From the NCBI RefSeq assembly GCF_009914755.1, contig NC_060927.1: 64,000 nt of DNA. The stretch is one strand, 5' to 3'. A program made the translations under genes and the position numbers. Under the pieces are notes generated by a model. The model was given only the letters and a program-made list of their open reading frames with translations, was not told the DNA's origin and did not search any database. This stretch comes from the human T2T-CHM13v2.0 reference genome, Homo sapiens. Positions 61,071 to 64,000 of this stretch are shown here, piece by piece; positions within the stretch are counted from its first letter, which is position 1, and every line of letters starts with the position of its first letter.

Positions 61071-63595
61071 AATGGTATTAATACATCTAAAGAAAGAATA
61101 TGTCAACAAAATGGAGATGAGCAAGTGAAGGAGGAAGATGGGAAATCTGAGGGGAGAGAACTCCTAGCGTGTGTCTTCAACCTGTAGCCCCCGTATGCGT
61201 TCCTTTTGCAGAGAGAGATGTTATCAAATTGTCGTATCCTCTGCAGAACCAAACCATACACCGTATTCCTTTTATTCGGGCCCCTTCTCATCAAGGAACC
61301 TCGTCATTATAATTTGGCTTCCATCCTCTTTTCACCCCGGGGGAAACACGCAAGCCAGAGCAATATAAATATTCTGATTTGAGTGAGAGGTACATTTCTC
61401 CCTGTGAATCAAGAAATCATAAAAAGGCCAGGCACAACGGCTCACGCCTGTAATCTCAACACTTTGGGAGTCCGAGATGGGAGGATCGCTTGAGCCCAAG
61501 AGTTCAAGACCAGCCTGGGCAACAAAGGGAGACTACAAAAATAAATAATAAATACATAAAAATTAGCTAGGCATGGCAGTGCATGCCTGTGGTTTCAGCT
61601 ACTTGTGGGGCTGAGGTGGGAGGACCACTTGAGCCCAGGAGGCTGAGGCTGCCATAAACTGTGATGATGGCCACTGCACTCCAGCCTGGGTGACAGAGCA
61701 AGACCCTGTCTAAAAAAAAAATAGAAGTAAAAAAGAAGAAATCATAATTAAATGTTACATTATACTGTTGATACATTATACTGTTTGTTTTATTGGTGTA
61801 TCTAAGAAATCAAGCCACTTTTGTTTTAACAGCAACATAAAATTTCTGTTTGAGAAAGAGACAAATACTTTTGCCCATAAAGGGGTTTCTTAAATGTGGA
61901 TTCCACTGTGCAGTTTTTAACTTCTTTAAACATTCATTTAAGCAAGTCAGATTTTCTTTGGAAAGGAGAATTACATTAGCAAATAATAAAAATGTGCAAA
62001 AAATGCAAGAATAAAAACATCTGAAAAAGCAGGGCTGATGATAAAACTTTCTAAACTAGTATATTCTTTCAGTGTTTATAAATGTAATATTGCCCTTGGT
62101 GAGTCACATCTCTCCCATTAATCCATCTCCCTAATGTTCTAGGAGGAGGGTGAAATTTTGTCCTTGTGTATATAAGACCTAAACTGTTACTGACCCCACC
62201 TCCTAAGTACATTTCCCCAAATTTCAGATATTTCCAAAGTCCTTTCATGAAATGCAAATCTCTGAATGTTGGCCCTCACTGTCTGTTATTCTATTCACCA
62301 CCTAATCCCAGAATTTTCGTCTGGGAAGTTAACAAATTCCTCAGCAACGTTGAAACATATTATTTCTATTAAGGTTTCAAGTGATTAGTCTTCTTCTGTA
62401 AGTCAAACAGAGGATCAGTTAGTCTGGAGAAATGTTTTAATAAAAGTCCCATTCTAAATAGATTTTTTTTTTTTTTTTTGAGACAGAGTTTTGCTCTGTC
62501 ACTCAGTGGCACGATCACGGCTCACCGCAGCCTCAAACTCCTAGGTTCAGCCAATCCTCCCATTTCAGCTTCCCAAGTAGCTGGAACCACAGATGCCTAC
62601 CACTACGCCCAGTTAATTTTTTAAATTATTTGTAGAGATGGGGTCTCCCTGTGTTGCCCAGGCTGGTCTCAAACTCCTGAACTCCTGGGCTCAAACAGTC
62701 CTCCCGCCTCGGCCTCCCAAAGTGCTGGGATTACAGGTGTGAGCCACTGCTCCCAGCCTGGCTGTTTCACCTTCTTATCATTTGTGTGTTCACTGGAGTA
62801 GCACTTTTAACTGCCTGCTTTCAATAATGGAAAAAACCGTAATGCTTTTATGACATAGTTGGTCATGATGAAGGAATAACTGGGAAGAGGGAGAAGCCCC
62901 AAATTACCCTGTTTTTGTTAGTGGTTTTTTGTTTCTGTGGGAAGCTGGTTTTGGAATAAGAATTATATCTAATCTAATCTAACAGTTTAGCGAAATGGTA
63001 GCGAGGGGTGGTAGATACAGAGAATGACGTCAGCCATTCTTAGCAGGGAGGGAGTTAACGTCTGTGCTGTGGCTTGGAGGTGGCAGAGGAGAGTGCACAC
63101 TTCACTTGGAACTCGCTGCAGGAGACTGAGCCAGTTAGAGGCACCAAGGCATTCTGAGTCCCCAGGGATCCAGCAAATGGGAGACAAATGTCAGGGTGAC
63201 AAGGTAATCATTGGTATCAGGGTTATAATCTCCTAAAGGCCCAGGCACCCCTTGGTCCAGAAGGCATGGTGTCCCCAGGGACATTCCCAGGGGTTGGGGG
63301 AGGGTGGGCAAGAGTGTTTCCACTCAGCCTGTGGCTTTGAGAGCTGACAGCTGTGGGCAGGGCCTCTTGTGATGCCCTATACTCCCAGTCTGGTGGGGAA
63401 AAACTACTAACCTCTAGGGGCAGCACCCTGGGGTCAGCCCTGAGGGAACAGTATGTTATTAGCAGGAGGGGACTGGTACCCTAAGGTTCTCCGCACTAGG
63501 CAAGGAGCAAAGCATTTGGGGACAGCCATCTCCTCTTCTACCACACAGTTTAAATCACATTTTCCTCTTCTGGGGTATTTTGAAGCCTAGTGTGA

Positions 63596-63793
<198 letters not shown>

Positions 63794-64000
63794 TAGAGAT
63801 GGGGTTTCATCATATCAGCCAGGCTGGTCTCGAACTCCTGACCTCAGGTGAACCACCTGCCTCGGCCTCCCAAAGTGCTGGAATTACAGGTGTGAGCCAC
63901 CGCACCTGGCCTAGAAGTGCTTTTTTGAGACCCTCTGATGAAAGATGCAATAGACGTGCAAACATGACTAACAACGCTGTGAATATTTTAATGACAACAG

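Overview
Mammalian, almost certainly human/primate, genomic DNA (about 55 Alu elements), not a prokaryotic accessory region. The left half holds most of DCUN1D1 (DCN1-like neddylation co-E3) on the minus strand. Six coding exons can be read with GT-AG boundaries: 33579-33581 (ATG only), 18642-18858, 16986-17154, 14331-14461, 649-731 and 337-433. Together they give 700 nt of continuous frame; the last exon lies off the left edge. The promoter is a CpG island at about 32.8-34.0 kb. The right half is upstream intergenic DNA with a near-full-length old L1 (about 46.1-54.1 kb), LTRs, DNA-transposon fossils and Alus. Best second-look items: (1) a consensus intronic donor at 33168 that is exactly in frame with both the ATG and exon 2 and would add 137 aa to the N-terminus; (2) a C9orf85 processed pseudogene in intron 4, sense to the host, carrying two Alus in its former coding region and a third just past its stop; (3) an Alu with a fold-back micro-inversion at its 5' end; (4) a TSD-less AluY left-arm insertion; (5) inverted Alu pairs relevant to editing and circRNA; (6) a 24-bp minisatellite. 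I found no convincing wholly novel biological system. Gene and repeat-subfamily names come from recalled sequences, and repeat boundaries are approximate.
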